Origin: Candidatus Parvarchaeum sp.
GTDB lineage: Archaea > Nanobdellota > Nanobdellia > Parvarchaeales > Parvarchaeaceae
Assembly (NCBI GenBank): GCA_049965555.1
Contig: JBMFWF010000002.1
Span: 21,857-85,856 of the forward strand
DNA: 64,000 nt
Direction: 5' to 3'
Position 1 is the stretch's first letter. Every line of letters starts with the position of its first letter. Below, one piece after another: positions 27,915-37,141 of this stretch. The notes below the pieces were generated by a model, which had not been told where the DNA came from, searched no databases, and saw only the letters and a list, made by a program, of their open reading frames with translations. A program made the translations under genes and the position numbers.

Positions 27915-28526
27915 TCAAACCAACTTTACCTTCTTTGATTTTATTCCCATAGGGGAACCATCAACCTTCATTAATATATCAACGGTCAATTGATCATCTT
28001 GCTTTAAAAAGGTTATCTCCTCAAGCAAAGACTCATTTGCCGGCATATTAACGAATGGAAAAAGATAATTTGAAAGACTTTTAAAAAGCTCTTTCTTACC
28101 GTTCTTTTTCAACATTATAGACAAATTATCACTCATATCTTCGGTTTCAACTATCTTAAAGTAATCGGTGTCAATCACTATATCTGTTATGCTGTCATGC
28201 GGCAAGCCCTTAAGATCTTCTATTACTGGGTCAATGTTTTCATCAGCGCCGAATTGTTTTGAAACGGATTTCTGCTGGTTGTTCTCTATAAAATCAATGG
28301 TTAACTTCACAGCCTTCACAAGGAAAAGCCTCAGCAGGATATTGTATATCTTATATACCTTTATGCTTAGCGGATGCTGCGCTTTTATCTTTATAACACC
28401 TTCTTTGTATTCAAGGCTTATCGATACTTTTTTGTAGGCTATCAAACCACTTATCTTTGAAAGTGGTGCGTTCTCGTCATAAAAGCTCTTTAGTTCATTT
28501 ATTGCGTCAAAAATATCGATTTCCAT
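27915..28526 (-). CDS. hypothetical protein, first gene of the KaiC-like/GTPase/Roadblock string
   Basis: ORF, 1-nt gap to the next gene. Confidence 0.4.
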   Translation of the reverse strand: MEIDIFDAINELKSFYDENAPLSKISGLIAYKKVSISLEYKEGVIKIKAQHPLSIKVYKIYNILLRLFLVKAVKLTIDFIENNQQKSVSKQFGADENIDPVIEDLKGLPHDSITDIVIDTDYFKIVETEDMSDNLSIMLKKNGKKELFKSLSNYLFPFVNMPANESLLEEITFLKQDDQLTVDILMKVDGSPMGIKSKKVKLV

Positions 28527-28564
28527 GCTATATAATATACATTAAAGAATTTAAAATTGACATT

Positions 28565-29200
28565 TTAACCTGCGCACGCCCCAGTTGGTGAACTTGCAGG
28601 GTCATAAAGTATTTTTTCATCCGGCGAAATGGTAACAGCACTTCCTGAAACCGCTTCTATAATTGCAACATACCCTGCGCAACCTGTACTTTCATTAAAC
28701 CAGAATGAAATATTTTTACCAGTTTCTAAAGCTACATAATCATGATTAAGGTCTTTTGTGTTTACCCAGTTAACGTACTGCTGATTGGTCATAACGACGA
28801 AATTAGTAACCGTAGATGCATTATATACCATGTGCACTTTGAAAGTGTCTGGTATTGTAAGAAAGGAGTAAGAATCCGGGCCTAAAACTGTTGGCTCGTT
28901 CCATATAGTTATCAATGGTTTACCGTCAAAAAAGGAGAATGGCAAAGCAGAAACATTCTGATTGTGTATAGCTAAAGTAGAATTTGGATAATATGATAGT
29001 ATAGAACGGTTTATTATTATGTTTACCCCATTATTCGGAAGGCAGAATGGCCCTGAATTATTCACTGCCAAAGTGTCATTTGAAAAATAGCATGAATTAA
29101 ATAAAACTATGTGCATTTTAAAGCCATAGAATATTGCTACAAGAATTATTATCAAAAGAATGGCCGTCAATACATTTATTGCAATAGATCTTTTCTTCAT
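28565..29200 (-). CDS. secreted/membrane-anchored glycoprotein-like protein (N-terminal signal anchor, many NxS/T sequons, C-terminal Cys motifs)
   Basis: MKKRSIAINVLTAILLIIILVAIF signal anchor. Sequons NDT, NNS, NRS, NST, NVS, NAS, NIS, NES. Confidence 0.45.
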   Translation of the reverse strand: MKKRSIAINVLTAILLIIILVAIFYGFKMHIVLFNSCYFSNDTLAVNNSGPFCLPNNGVNIIINRSILSYYPNSTLAIHNQNVSALPFSFFDGKPLITIWNEPTVLGPDSYSFLTIPDTFKVHMVYNASTVTNFVVMTNQQYVNWVNTKDLNHDYVALETGKNISFWFNESTGCAGYVAIIEAVSGSAVTISPDEKILYDPASSPTGACAG

Positions 29201-29236
29201 TTACTAAAAACAATGTTGATAAATAAAAAGCTTTGT

Positions 29237-29605
29237 TTAAGAATAACCTGCAGTTACGCAATTGCTGTAACCCATAGTAGTTCCATTTGATAAAACTACC
29301 GTAGTAGTATTAGTTCCAGGTGGAACTGCTAAATCTGAATAACAATGATAGACACCTGGACCGGAGGGATTAGCAACAGTCTGAGAGCACCATTGCTGGA
29401 AACCTAAACTTGCTGGTACGGTAGTAGAGTAAGTTGAGCATGTCGAAGAAAATGCTGATAACGTAGAACTGGATGGAGAGGCTGCACCCAAGCCCTTGAA
29501 GCCACCTAATACAAATGTGATTAATAAGACAAGTATAAGCAAGCCCACAGCAATAAGTATTATTGTATTGATGGGCAGGCCCTGTGCTCTTTTATTTGAA
29601 ATCAT
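29237..29605 (-). CDS. class III signal peptide pilin-like protein (Ser/Thr-rich)
   Basis: MISNKRAQG|LPINTIILIAVGLLILVLLITF N-terminus, S/T-rich mature part and C-terminal Cys. Confidence 0.45.
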   Translation of the reverse strand: MISNKRAQGLPINTIILIAVGLLILVLLITFVLGGFKGLGAASPSSSTLSAFSSTCSTYSTTVPASLGFQQWCSQTVANPSGPGVYHCYSDLAVPPGTNTTTVVLSNGTTMGYSNCVTAGYS

Positions 29606-29744
29606 ATTTACATACTAAAATTTATACTATTTAAATATTTCTTTTTAGGTGTAAATTTACGAATTCAATTACAAATTCAAAGTTAAACGCCTTTTCTATA
29701 AATTAAAGATTTATTAATATAAACGGACATAAAATAAGCGTTAT

Positions 29745-30017
29745 ATGTATTTGAGCAGGCTAGTTATAGATGCAGTAAAACCTATCGGTGAATATAGTAT
29801 AATCGACCTTGCAAACGATATAGCCAAACACGTAAGAAACGGAGAGGTTTTCATAAAGGTTGTAGAAGTGGATATTCATACAGAAGGCTTAAAAGTGGTC
29901 ATTGAAGGCTCAAAAATAAACTTCGAAGGCATACAAAAAGCCTTGAAGGATAGGGGTGCAGTGATAAACAGTCTAGATGAAGCCACAGTAAGTTCTAATG
30001 GAAAGAGCAAAAAGTAG
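29745..30017 (+). CDS. DUF211 (COG1888) family small archaeal protein
   Basis: RLVIDAVKP...VVEVDIHTEGLKVVIEGSKINFEGIQKAL matches the DUF211 consensus as remembered. Confidence 0.5.
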   Translation: MYLSRLVIDAVKPIGEYSIIDLANDIAKHVRNGEVFIKVVEVDIHTEGLKVVIEGSKINFEGIQKALKDRGAVINSLDEATVSSNGKSKK

Positions 30018-30549
30018 GTATGTAATACTGGGCCTAAGCGACGGATTATTCCTTGGCTTAGGCATATCACTAGGTATTTCAGTTTTCCACAGCTATCAGC
30101 TTACATTTGCATCCATCTTATTAGTAGGCGTGAGCGGTTCTCTTTCCAATTTCTTTTCCGCTTATAATGCTGAAAATTTTGTGTTGGGTCAGCAAATGAA
30201 GGAATATCGAAAAATACTTTTTGCAAAGGAATATGACCCAAAAAAGATCACAAAACTAAAAAAAGCTAAAAACCTTAAATATGCTGAAATAGGTTTTCTT
30301 TCAACATTACTTGGCAGTATTATAGTACTTTTGCCTTATTTGGTTTACTATTCATTAAATGAGAAGCAAAGCGTTACCACTAGCATCATTTCACTTATTC
30401 TAAGTTTGATAATACTTGCATTTATAGGAAGCTACTCGCAGGAAGAAAATGCGCAAAAAATAAAGGAGGGACTAAAAACGGCAGGTATAGGACTTCTTAT
30501 CGCTGTGATAAGCGCCTTTTTAGGCGTATTGATAAATTTGTTTATTTAG
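29998..30549 (+). CDS. VIT1/CCC1-like (DUF125) membrane protein
   Basis: ILGLSDGLFLGLGISLGIS motif and multiple TM segments. Overlaps the DUF211 gene. Confidence 0.5.
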   Translation: MERAKSRYVILGLSDGLFLGLGISLGISVFHSYQLTFASILLVGVSGSLSNFFSAYNAENFVLGQQMKEYRKILFAKEYDPKKITKLKKAKNLKYAEIGFLSTLLGSIIVLLPYLVYYSLNEKQSVTTSIISLILSLIILAFIGSYSQEENAQKIKEGLKTAGIGLLIAVISAFLGVLINLFI

Positions 30550-31327
30550 ATTTTGCAAGGTCTGCCATCTTTGAATTGAACTCTACTCCTTTTATGATTA
30601 TTTCCTGGGCCTTTTCGCCGCTTATTTCTATTTTTTCGCCATGAAATAATTTTTTACCCAATGAGAATATCTCATTAAAATCACTGATCTGTTTCTTGTT
30701 AACTAATCCTCTTTCTTCTAGCTTCAAAAGCATTTCAGGGATTACCTCCGGTGATGGCGGTATGTCTCCCTGCCTCATTATTGCAGCCTGCGCGGAATTC
30801 ACAACAGCCCAGTACATATCTGTGACCACAGAAGCAAGTTTAAGCTTTGCCGAATTAGTGTAGAGCTCGCTTCTTGTCAAAGAAGCGTATATTGATTCTT
30901 CCGTAGGCTTTATTTCGCCCATGTTAAGCAGTGCCTGCAAAGGCTCGAAATAACCGGTATCTATCAAAGGGACGCCGTATTTTAGAACATTAACTGAAAC
31001 AGGATCTGCAGCTATTACTCCGCGCCAGAAAGCGGTCAATGTAACGAAGTTTATGTGTAATTTGGCTTGGCTTTCCTTTACAAGCTTGTCAACGTCTGAA
31101 AATATCAACGACTGAACGTTTTCATCTAGCTTATTCAAAACGTCGTCCATTACCACCATTATATCTACATCGCTGTCCTCTGTTTCTTTGCCTTTGCTAT
31201 AAGAACCAAATAGAACGATTGTTTTCATTACTTTCGGGTATTTTTCAAATATCCCCTTTGCGAATTTATAAGCCGCATCGTATCCTTTTAATTCCAAATG
31301 CCCTTTTTCATTGTTTTCTTCCATCAT
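30542..31327 (-). CDS. minimal nucleotidyltransferase fused to HEPN-like domain
   Basis: GSYSKGKETEDSDVDIMVV (GS...DxD pol-beta NTase) and a C-terminal helical HEPN-like region. Confidence 0.6.
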   Translation of the reverse strand: MMEENNEKGHLELKGYDAAYKFAKGIFEKYPKVMKTIVLFGSYSKGKETEDSDVDIMVVMDDVLNKLDENVQSLIFSDVDKLVKESQAKLHINFVTLTAFWRGVIAADPVSVNVLKYGVPLIDTGYFEPLQALLNMGEIKPTEESIYASLTRSELYTNSAKLKLASVVTDMYWAVVNSAQAAIMRQGDIPPSPEVIPEMLLKLEERGLVNKKQISDFNEIFSLGKKLFHGEKIEISGEKAQEIIIKGVEFNSKMADLAKSK

Positions 31328-33048
31328 ACCATCGGTGTCCCCGAAAAGCTTGAATTGCCTTTATTCTCCATGTAACCTCCGCCCGCTGCCGGGAATATCC
31401 CTGAAAAACCGCCATAGGGGAACATGTCCTGCTTCAATCCAAGATTAGAATAAGAGGAATAATCTCCTACTATAGAAGAATAAGGCTGGCCAAGATAAGA
31501 AGGCAAAGATACATAAGGAGTGTTACCATACAAAGGCGCACCCATATACTGAAGAGATTGAATAGTTCCGCTTTCAAGCCCACCTAACCCTCCAAAAACC
31601 TCCATTATAGCAGGAACATCAAGCCCCTTTTCCATCATTGCATCGTAAACCTCTTTTATTGGAGCATTTCCCTGCCCTAAAGGAAGGTGGCTATCCTTAT
31701 TTCCCATATTATCATTTAAATGATATCTTTTCAAATAATCTCCGGCAGCCTTTGCCATTTCAACTATGTCCTTATCGGAATATGGCTGCCCGGTCTTTGG
31801 ATTTATGTAGGATTTAAAAACGTTTATGTGCCCGATATCGAGATTTATGCCGATAAGATCGCTGCTTATCTTTTCTGCTTCTCTAAGAGATAAATGCTGT
31901 TTTTCATGCAGCTCTTTTGCAAATTCTTCCCTAGCTATACGTACTGCCTCTGCAGTGTCCTTAGGATCGCTTAATGACATCGTTGGTGACATAGGATTTT
32001 CAACAAGTATCATTGGCTTTGATTCTGTATTTTTGTAAGAAAACATTGCCGCTTTAACTATACCTTCTGCAGCAAGTTCAGGTGCTTTTTTATCATAAGG
32101 AATAAACCTATTGGAAAGGCTTTTTTCATCTATTTCAAGCTCTGTATACTTCTGATTTAAATTTTTAACCATATCCTGTATGTTTTCAAGTTCTTTCTTT
32201 GCTTTTTCAAATTCATTTTGATTGGACTTCGACTTAGCAGCGCTCATCTTGGCCAAAATATCTGCCTCTTGATATTCTAGGTTCCTTAAGCTTATATTAA
32301 GACTTGCTCTTTCTTGATTTATCTGTTGTAATATGCCTTTTTTCTGGAATTCAACTGACCCTTCTGGGCTAAGTATTACCTTGCCATCATCAGAAACGAA
32401 ACCAAGTTTTTTATCTTTATTTTCAAATATATTTTTGTAGAAATTTTCGCCGTACATCTCCCTAAATTTCTGCATTGCCAGTCTTTTCCTTTCTTCAGGA
32501 TTGCTTACAGTATTTTTGTCGATTCCCAAGTCGATCTCCTGTTTTGTCACTTGAATTACCTTTTCGTCCTTCTGATCATAAACGGAATAAACTATACTTT
32601 TATCTGGATCTGAAAATTGATCTGCAGAAGCATGGAATATCACAGGCATGTTTTGCCTGCCCATCTTCTTGCTTATATCATCGGCAAACTCCAAAGCAGT
32701 ACCTATCTCCCTTTCAACGGAATGTTCATATATTTCCGCTTTCTTTCCTGACTGCGGATCTATACCTGAAAAGTTTATTGCCCAAGGAGCATGAACGCTT
32801 AAATCAACGTCATTTGTTTTTGCAAGATTTGCTATCGCTTCTCTTTCTGTTTTACCAATAGTATCCGCTGCATTCCCTTGTTCTCCGCCAAGGCCATATA
32901 CGCTTGCTACATCTATTTCGACCATCCTTGCACCGCTTCTAAGAACTTTGGCAAACTCCTCTAACTGATTTCTCTCCCCTATAGAAACGCCAAATTGGAC
33001 CTTATTGAACGGGTCGTTGAACTTGCTGTTTAACATGTAGTCTGTCAT
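31324..33048 (-). CDS. xylose-isomerase-like TIM-barrel (sugar phosphate isomerase/epimerase-like) protein with inserted coiled coil and G/Y/S-rich C-terminal tail
   Basis: VHAPW and HLNDN TIM-barrel motifs split by a ~100-aa heptad-rich segment. Last ~100 aa are low-complexity GG/Y/S/P. Confidence 0.55.
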   Translation of the reverse strand: MTDYMLNSKFNDPFNKVQFGVSIGERNQLEEFAKVLRSGARMVEIDVASVYGLGGEQGNAADTIGKTEREAIANLAKTNDVDLSVHAPWAINFSGIDPQSGKKAEIYEHSVEREIGTALEFADDISKKMGRQNMPVIFHASADQFSDPDKSIVYSVYDQKDEKVIQVTKQEIDLGIDKNTVSNPEERKRLAMQKFREMYGENFYKNIFENKDKKLGFVSDDGKVILSPEGSVEFQKKGILQQINQERASLNISLRNLEYQEADILAKMSAAKSKSNQNEFEKAKKELENIQDMVKNLNQKYTELEIDEKSLSNRFIPYDKKAPELAAEGIVKAAMFSYKNTESKPMILVENPMSPTMSLSDPKDTAEAVRIAREEFAKELHEKQHLSLREAEKISSDLIGINLDIGHINVFKSYINPKTGQPYSDKDIVEMAKAAGDYLKRYHLNDNMGNKDSHLPLGQGNAPIKEVYDAMMEKGLDVPAIMEVFGGLGGLESGTIQSLQYMGAPLYGNTPYVSLPSYLGQPYSSIVGDYSSYSNLGLKQDMFPYGGFSGIFPAAGGGYMENKGNSSFSGTPMV

Positions 33049-33182
33049 AGATTAGTATTGATAGTCATAAGATAAATGCTTTTTTATTCCATTAATAAAA
33101 ATCAGCTTAAATTGTAAAAAGTACTGTGCTTGTACGCCAGTCCGCAAATAAATGTAATATTTCAGTTAAAATTGCCTATTTA

Positions 33183-33656
33183 TTAATCCCCAAACAATCT
33201 AACATGTTCCTTCATCATACACCTATTAAATATCACGATTATGCCTCTTTCTTCTGCAAGTTTCTTTGCTTCATCGTTTGAAATTCCTTCCTGCATCCAT
33301 ATGACCTTTGGATTTTTATTTATTGCTGCCTGAACAACCGGCAAAACCTTGTCAGATGGCCTAAAAATATCAACTATCTCGACTGTTCCAGGCACATCTA
33401 AAATAGATGGGTAAGATTTTCTATTTAATATAGAATCGGCATTGGGGTTTACAGGAATTACATCATACCCTTTACCTATTAGATATTTTGGTATTTCATG
33501 GCTTTCTTTTCCTTCTTCCCTGGACATGCCGACAACTGCTACCTTTTTGTATTTTGAAAGGATGCCCTTTATTTCCTGGTCGCTGTGACTGTCTTTTGGC
33601 ATTTGCTGTATTTTTTCATGTTCTTCAATAGAACATTCCGGATCGTTGCTTTCCAT
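33183..33656 (-). CDS. CoA-binding domain protein (YccU-like)
   Basis: KKVAVVGMSREEGKESHEIPKYLIGKGYDVIPVNP. Confidence 0.7.
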   Translation of the reverse strand: MESNDPECSIEEHEKIQQMPKDSHSDQEIKGILSKYKKVAVVGMSREEGKESHEIPKYLIGKGYDVIPVNPNADSILNRKSYPSILDVPGTVEIVDIFRPSDKVLPVVQAAINKNPKVIWMQEGISNDEAKKLAEERGIIVIFNRCMMKEHVRLFGD

Positions 33657-33698
33657 TTAAATTCAATACTTTACAAATATAAAAAGTATTTATAGTGC

Positions 33699-34361
33699 TT
33701 GTATTCATACAAAGGAATGAAAAATGGCTACGAATATAAAAAAGCCCTTGAAGATATACACAAGCTAGAGAATATAATAGGAACTTGCTGTGAAGATGCA
33801 AAGGATTATAAATTTGTACCTTTGTCACTTTCTTGTAACCTGAATAGCTATGACGAAAAATTGATAGGTATAGATCAAAAGCTTTTATCGGAGGTTGAAA
33901 AGCTAAGTAAATATGATAAAAAGTATTTGTCAGCACTGAAAATGACGGTTTACCATGAGATAGGCCACACTAAAACCTATAAAAAAGACCAGGAATACTC
34001 ATTCAACGAAGCAATCGCAGAGCTTTATGCCCTAAGCAAGGGAAGCATTGATGATTATATTATTGAAATAGCAGTAATGTCCAACATCATGGGAAATGAG
34101 CTTTCTGAGTTCAATCAAACGCTCAGAGAACCCAAAGATGTAGTGGATTATCTTTTAAAACACGACAGTGCTGATAGATGGGAAGACAAGGAATTCGCTT
34201 CTAAATTTCATGAGTACGAATTTGCAAAAAATGCACTTGATAAAATAAAGTTGACATACGAAGAAATAGTAGACAGAGTATTAAAAGAAAGAGAGAACAT
34301 AGATAGTTTAAAAAGGAAGAACAACCTATTTATTGATAAAGATATGATATCAAGAAAATGA
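33699..34361 (+). CDS. putative HExxH zinc metallopeptidase-like protein
   Basis: VYHEIGH motif plus downstream NEAIAE. 4-nt overlap with ABCE1. Confidence 0.4.
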   Translation: MYSYKGMKNGYEYKKALEDIHKLENIIGTCCEDAKDYKFVPLSLSCNLNSYDEKLIGIDQKLLSEVEKLSKYDKKYLSALKMTVYHEIGHTKTYKKDQEYSFNEAIAELYALSKGSIDDYIIEIAVMSNIMGNELSEFNQTLREPKDVVDYLLKHDSADRWEDKEFASKFHEYEFAKNALDKIKLTYEEIVDRVLKERENIDSLKRKNNLFIDKDMISRK

Positions 34362-36076
34362 GAATTGCCGTAATAAAGGAATCTGAATGCGAAGCGCCGG
34401 ATAATTGCAATTACATCTGCACAGAAGTTTGCCCAAGAGTAAGACAAGGGGCAAAAGAAACGGTTTATGCAAGGGAAAACGGCAAAGCCGCGATAACTGA
34501 AAGCCTTTGCATATCCTGCGGCATATGTGTAAAAAGATGCCCTTTTGATGCAATAAGGATAATAAACCTGCCAGATGAAATGGCAAAGGAGATTACATTT
34601 CAATATGGTATAAACACATTTAGAACATTCAATATAGCGACGCCTATAGAAGGCAAGGTGGTAGGTTTGATAGGTAGAAATGGAATAGGAAAAACAACAA
34701 ACATAAAACTTATATCAAACGAGCTCGTCCCAAATTTTGGCAACTTTAAAAAAGAGTATTCCTATGAAGAAATAATAAAGGAATTTAGGGGAAAGGACAT
34801 ACAGCCTTACCTCACAAAGCTTTACAGCAACAACCTTAAAATAGCTAAAAAAGCACAGTCATTCACGCAAGAAGGAAAAGTTAGAGATATAGTAAAAAGA
34901 AACCGCTTTAAACTTGTAACAGAAGATATCTTGGATAGAGACGCGGAAACTTTATCAGGTGGCGAAGCACAGATTGTTGAAATAGCCAAAACATTGGATG
35001 AAGAAGCGGATGTTTACATATTTGACGAGCCTATGAATTACTTAGATATAAACGCAAGGATAAAAGTAGCTACACAGATAAAAGAAGCGCTTGAAAACAA
35101 AACTGTAGTTGTAGTTGAGCATGACTTAGTAATGCTTGATTATCTCACAGAATTCATACAAGTTTTATACGGCTCGGAATCAAACTATGGGATAGCTTCG
35201 CACATTATGCCTTCCAGAAATGGTATAAACACTTATTTAGAGGGTTATCTTCCTACTGAAAACGTCAGATTCAGAGATTACAGTATAAAAATAAAAAAGA
35301 CGCTGCCGCCTGTTACTAACGAGCCATTTATTTCGTGGCCGGAATTCATTGTTGATTTAAAGGATTTCAAGCTAGATACAAAAGGGGGAAAACTTTACAG
35401 AGGAGATATAATAGGAATAATTGGTGAAAACGGGATAGGGAAAAGTACGTTTATAAAGGCGCTTGCAGGCCTAATTGAAACTAACATAGGCAAACTTGAT
35501 TTGGGTATAAAGATATCTTATAAACCACAGATACTAAAGCCTTTTGATATGATTGTTAGCGATGCTCTGTTGAGCGTAAATCCGGAATATGAAAAGGATT
35601 TGGGTATTTTATCTGCTATTAACAAACTTGGGATAAATAAATTGATGAACAAGAATGTAAACACGCTTTCGGGCGGAGAGCTTCAAAAACTTGCAATAAT
35701 AACTACCCTTATGAAAGCTGCTGATGTTTACCTTATAGATGAACCGTCCGCAAACTTAGACATAGAAGACAGACTTGAATGCATGGGCATAATATCCTCA
35801 TTTATCTCCTCAAGAAACAAGTGTGCTATAGTAGTTGATCATGATCTTGCTTTTCTTGATTCTACCTGCCCTAAAAGCATATTATTCAGCGGTAAAAAGG
35901 GAGTAAAAGGTATGACTGATCAAATAGAAAGCACTAACAAAGCAATAAACAATTTCCTTAAAAGTATAGATGTCACTATCAGAAGGGACAAAGACAGCGG
36001 ACGACCCAGGATAAATCAAAGAGGCAGCAGGCTGGATACAGAGCAAAAGGCCGCTGGCGTTTACTTTGCTGAATAA
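34358..36076 (+). CDS. abcE1: ribosome recycling factor ABCE1 (RNase L inhibitor)
   Basis: N-terminal two [4Fe-4S] ferredoxin motifs (CNYICTEVCP; CISCGICVKRCP) and two ABC cassettes with Walker A/B and LSGGE signatures. Confidence 0.95.
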   Translation: MRIAVIKESECEAPDNCNYICTEVCPRVRQGAKETVYARENGKAAITESLCISCGICVKRCPFDAIRIINLPDEMAKEITFQYGINTFRTFNIATPIEGKVVGLIGRNGIGKTTNIKLISNELVPNFGNFKKEYSYEEIIKEFRGKDIQPYLTKLYSNNLKIAKKAQSFTQEGKVRDIVKRNRFKLVTEDILDRDAETLSGGEAQIVEIAKTLDEEADVYIFDEPMNYLDINARIKVATQIKEALENKTVVVVEHDLVMLDYLTEFIQVLYGSESNYGIASHIMPSRNGINTYLEGYLPTENVRFRDYSIKIKKTLPPVTNEPFISWPEFIVDLKDFKLDTKGGKLYRGDIIGIIGENGIGKSTFIKALAGLIETNIGKLDLGIKISYKPQILKPFDMIVSDALLSVNPEYEKDLGILSAINKLGINKLMNKNVNTLSGGELQKLAIITTLMKAADVYLIDEPSANLDIEDRLECMGIISSFISSRNKCAIVVDHDLAFLDSTCPKSILFSGKKGVKGMTDQIESTNKAINNFLKSIDVTIRRDKDSGRPRINQRGSRLDTEQKAAGVYFAE

Positions 36077-36180
36077 CCACAATGCAGTTAATAATAAAGT
36101 TATTTCAATAATATAGAAGTAATACAAAACAGCCCTTTTTATTTGGAATATTTCTAAAATAGTTATGAGGGGGGATAAAA

Positions 36181-36423
36181 ATGGAAAGGATGGAGGAAAC
36201 AGGAAGTTTATATGAAAAGTTATTACAGCAGATAACTTTGTACAACCAATACAAAAACAACATAGATTTCGAAAAAGCCCAAAAACTAAGCAGGCTTCTA
36301 ATGAATATAAACAACCTTGCCATAAAATTGGGTGTTTATAGAGGAGATGTTGAATCGGAATTAAACAGCATGGAAACAAAGCTTAGAAACGAAGAAAGAA
36401 ATAAGTCCATAATATTCATATAG
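36181..36423 (+). CDS. hypothetical small helical protein
   Basis: ORF only. Confidence 0.25.
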   Translation: MERMEETGSLYEKLLQQITLYNQYKNNIDFEKAQKLSRLLMNINNLAIKLGVYRGDVESELNSMETKLRNEERNKSIIFI

Positions 36424-36424
36424 A

Positions 36425-37141
36425 TTACTTCTGGACCTCAAATTTTAAAAGATCAATAGCAAGAATATGCAAAGTAGCTGAGCCGGTTGAAACTCCTGTT
36501 GAAGAAGAGGTTACTACATCATAACTATTCGGATCTGCATATGAAGGCACAAAAATTGTGCAGTACCCTGACGGAGTATCATTTAAGGTTGTCCACCCCG
36601 TTACTGTTCCATTTATATAAAGCACATTGCAATCCGGGGCATTTATAGTATCATTGTAAGAGGGAAAAACGCTTTTTATCGATAAAGAAGAATTGCATGA
36701 TGAGCCGCATGCGCTGCTGTAATTCGTCACAAGCAGCGGCTCATAAAAAGTAGAGTAGGAAGAAGAAGGAGAGAACCTGGAATCATATGAAAATATTAGA
36801 TCTGAGGGGGTATCATTATTAGAATAATTAGATTTTGTAAATACCTGCAAAAGAAAAGGACTGGATATTTCAGAGTTTAAAACTGATGAAATGTAAGAAT
36901 TCAAAGTCGAGGCAGAACCTCCATTCTGAAATATCAAAAGCTGATTTGTTGTGGAAGAAACAACGGAGAATGAAGACACTGCAGAGTATATCTGGGAGAG
37001 AAAATCGCTGTTGGTGGTTATTGAACTATTCAGGGTGAGGTAATAACTTGTTATTGCATATGCAGAAGCGATGACACCGAGTATTATTATACTGCCAACA
37101 ACAAGATCAATAGTAAAAACCTGTCCTTTTTTCATGACCAC
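36425..37141 (-). CDS. type IV pilin-like protein (class III signal peptide KKGQ|VFTIDL)
   Basis: MVMKKGQVFTIDLVVGSIIILGVIA N-terminus. S/T/N-rich, sequon-rich mature domain. Confidence 0.55.
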   Translation of the reverse strand: MVMKKGQVFTIDLVVGSIIILGVIASAYAITSYYLTLNSSITTNSDFLSQIYSAVSSFSVVSSTTNQLLIFQNGGSASTLNSYISSVLNSEISSPFLLQVFTKSNYSNNDTPSDLIFSYDSRFSPSSSYSTFYEPLLVTNYSSACGSSCNSSLSIKSVFPSYNDTINAPDCNVLYINGTVTGWTTLNDTPSGYCTIFVPSYADPNSYDVVTSSSTGVSTGSATLHILAIDLLKFEVQK

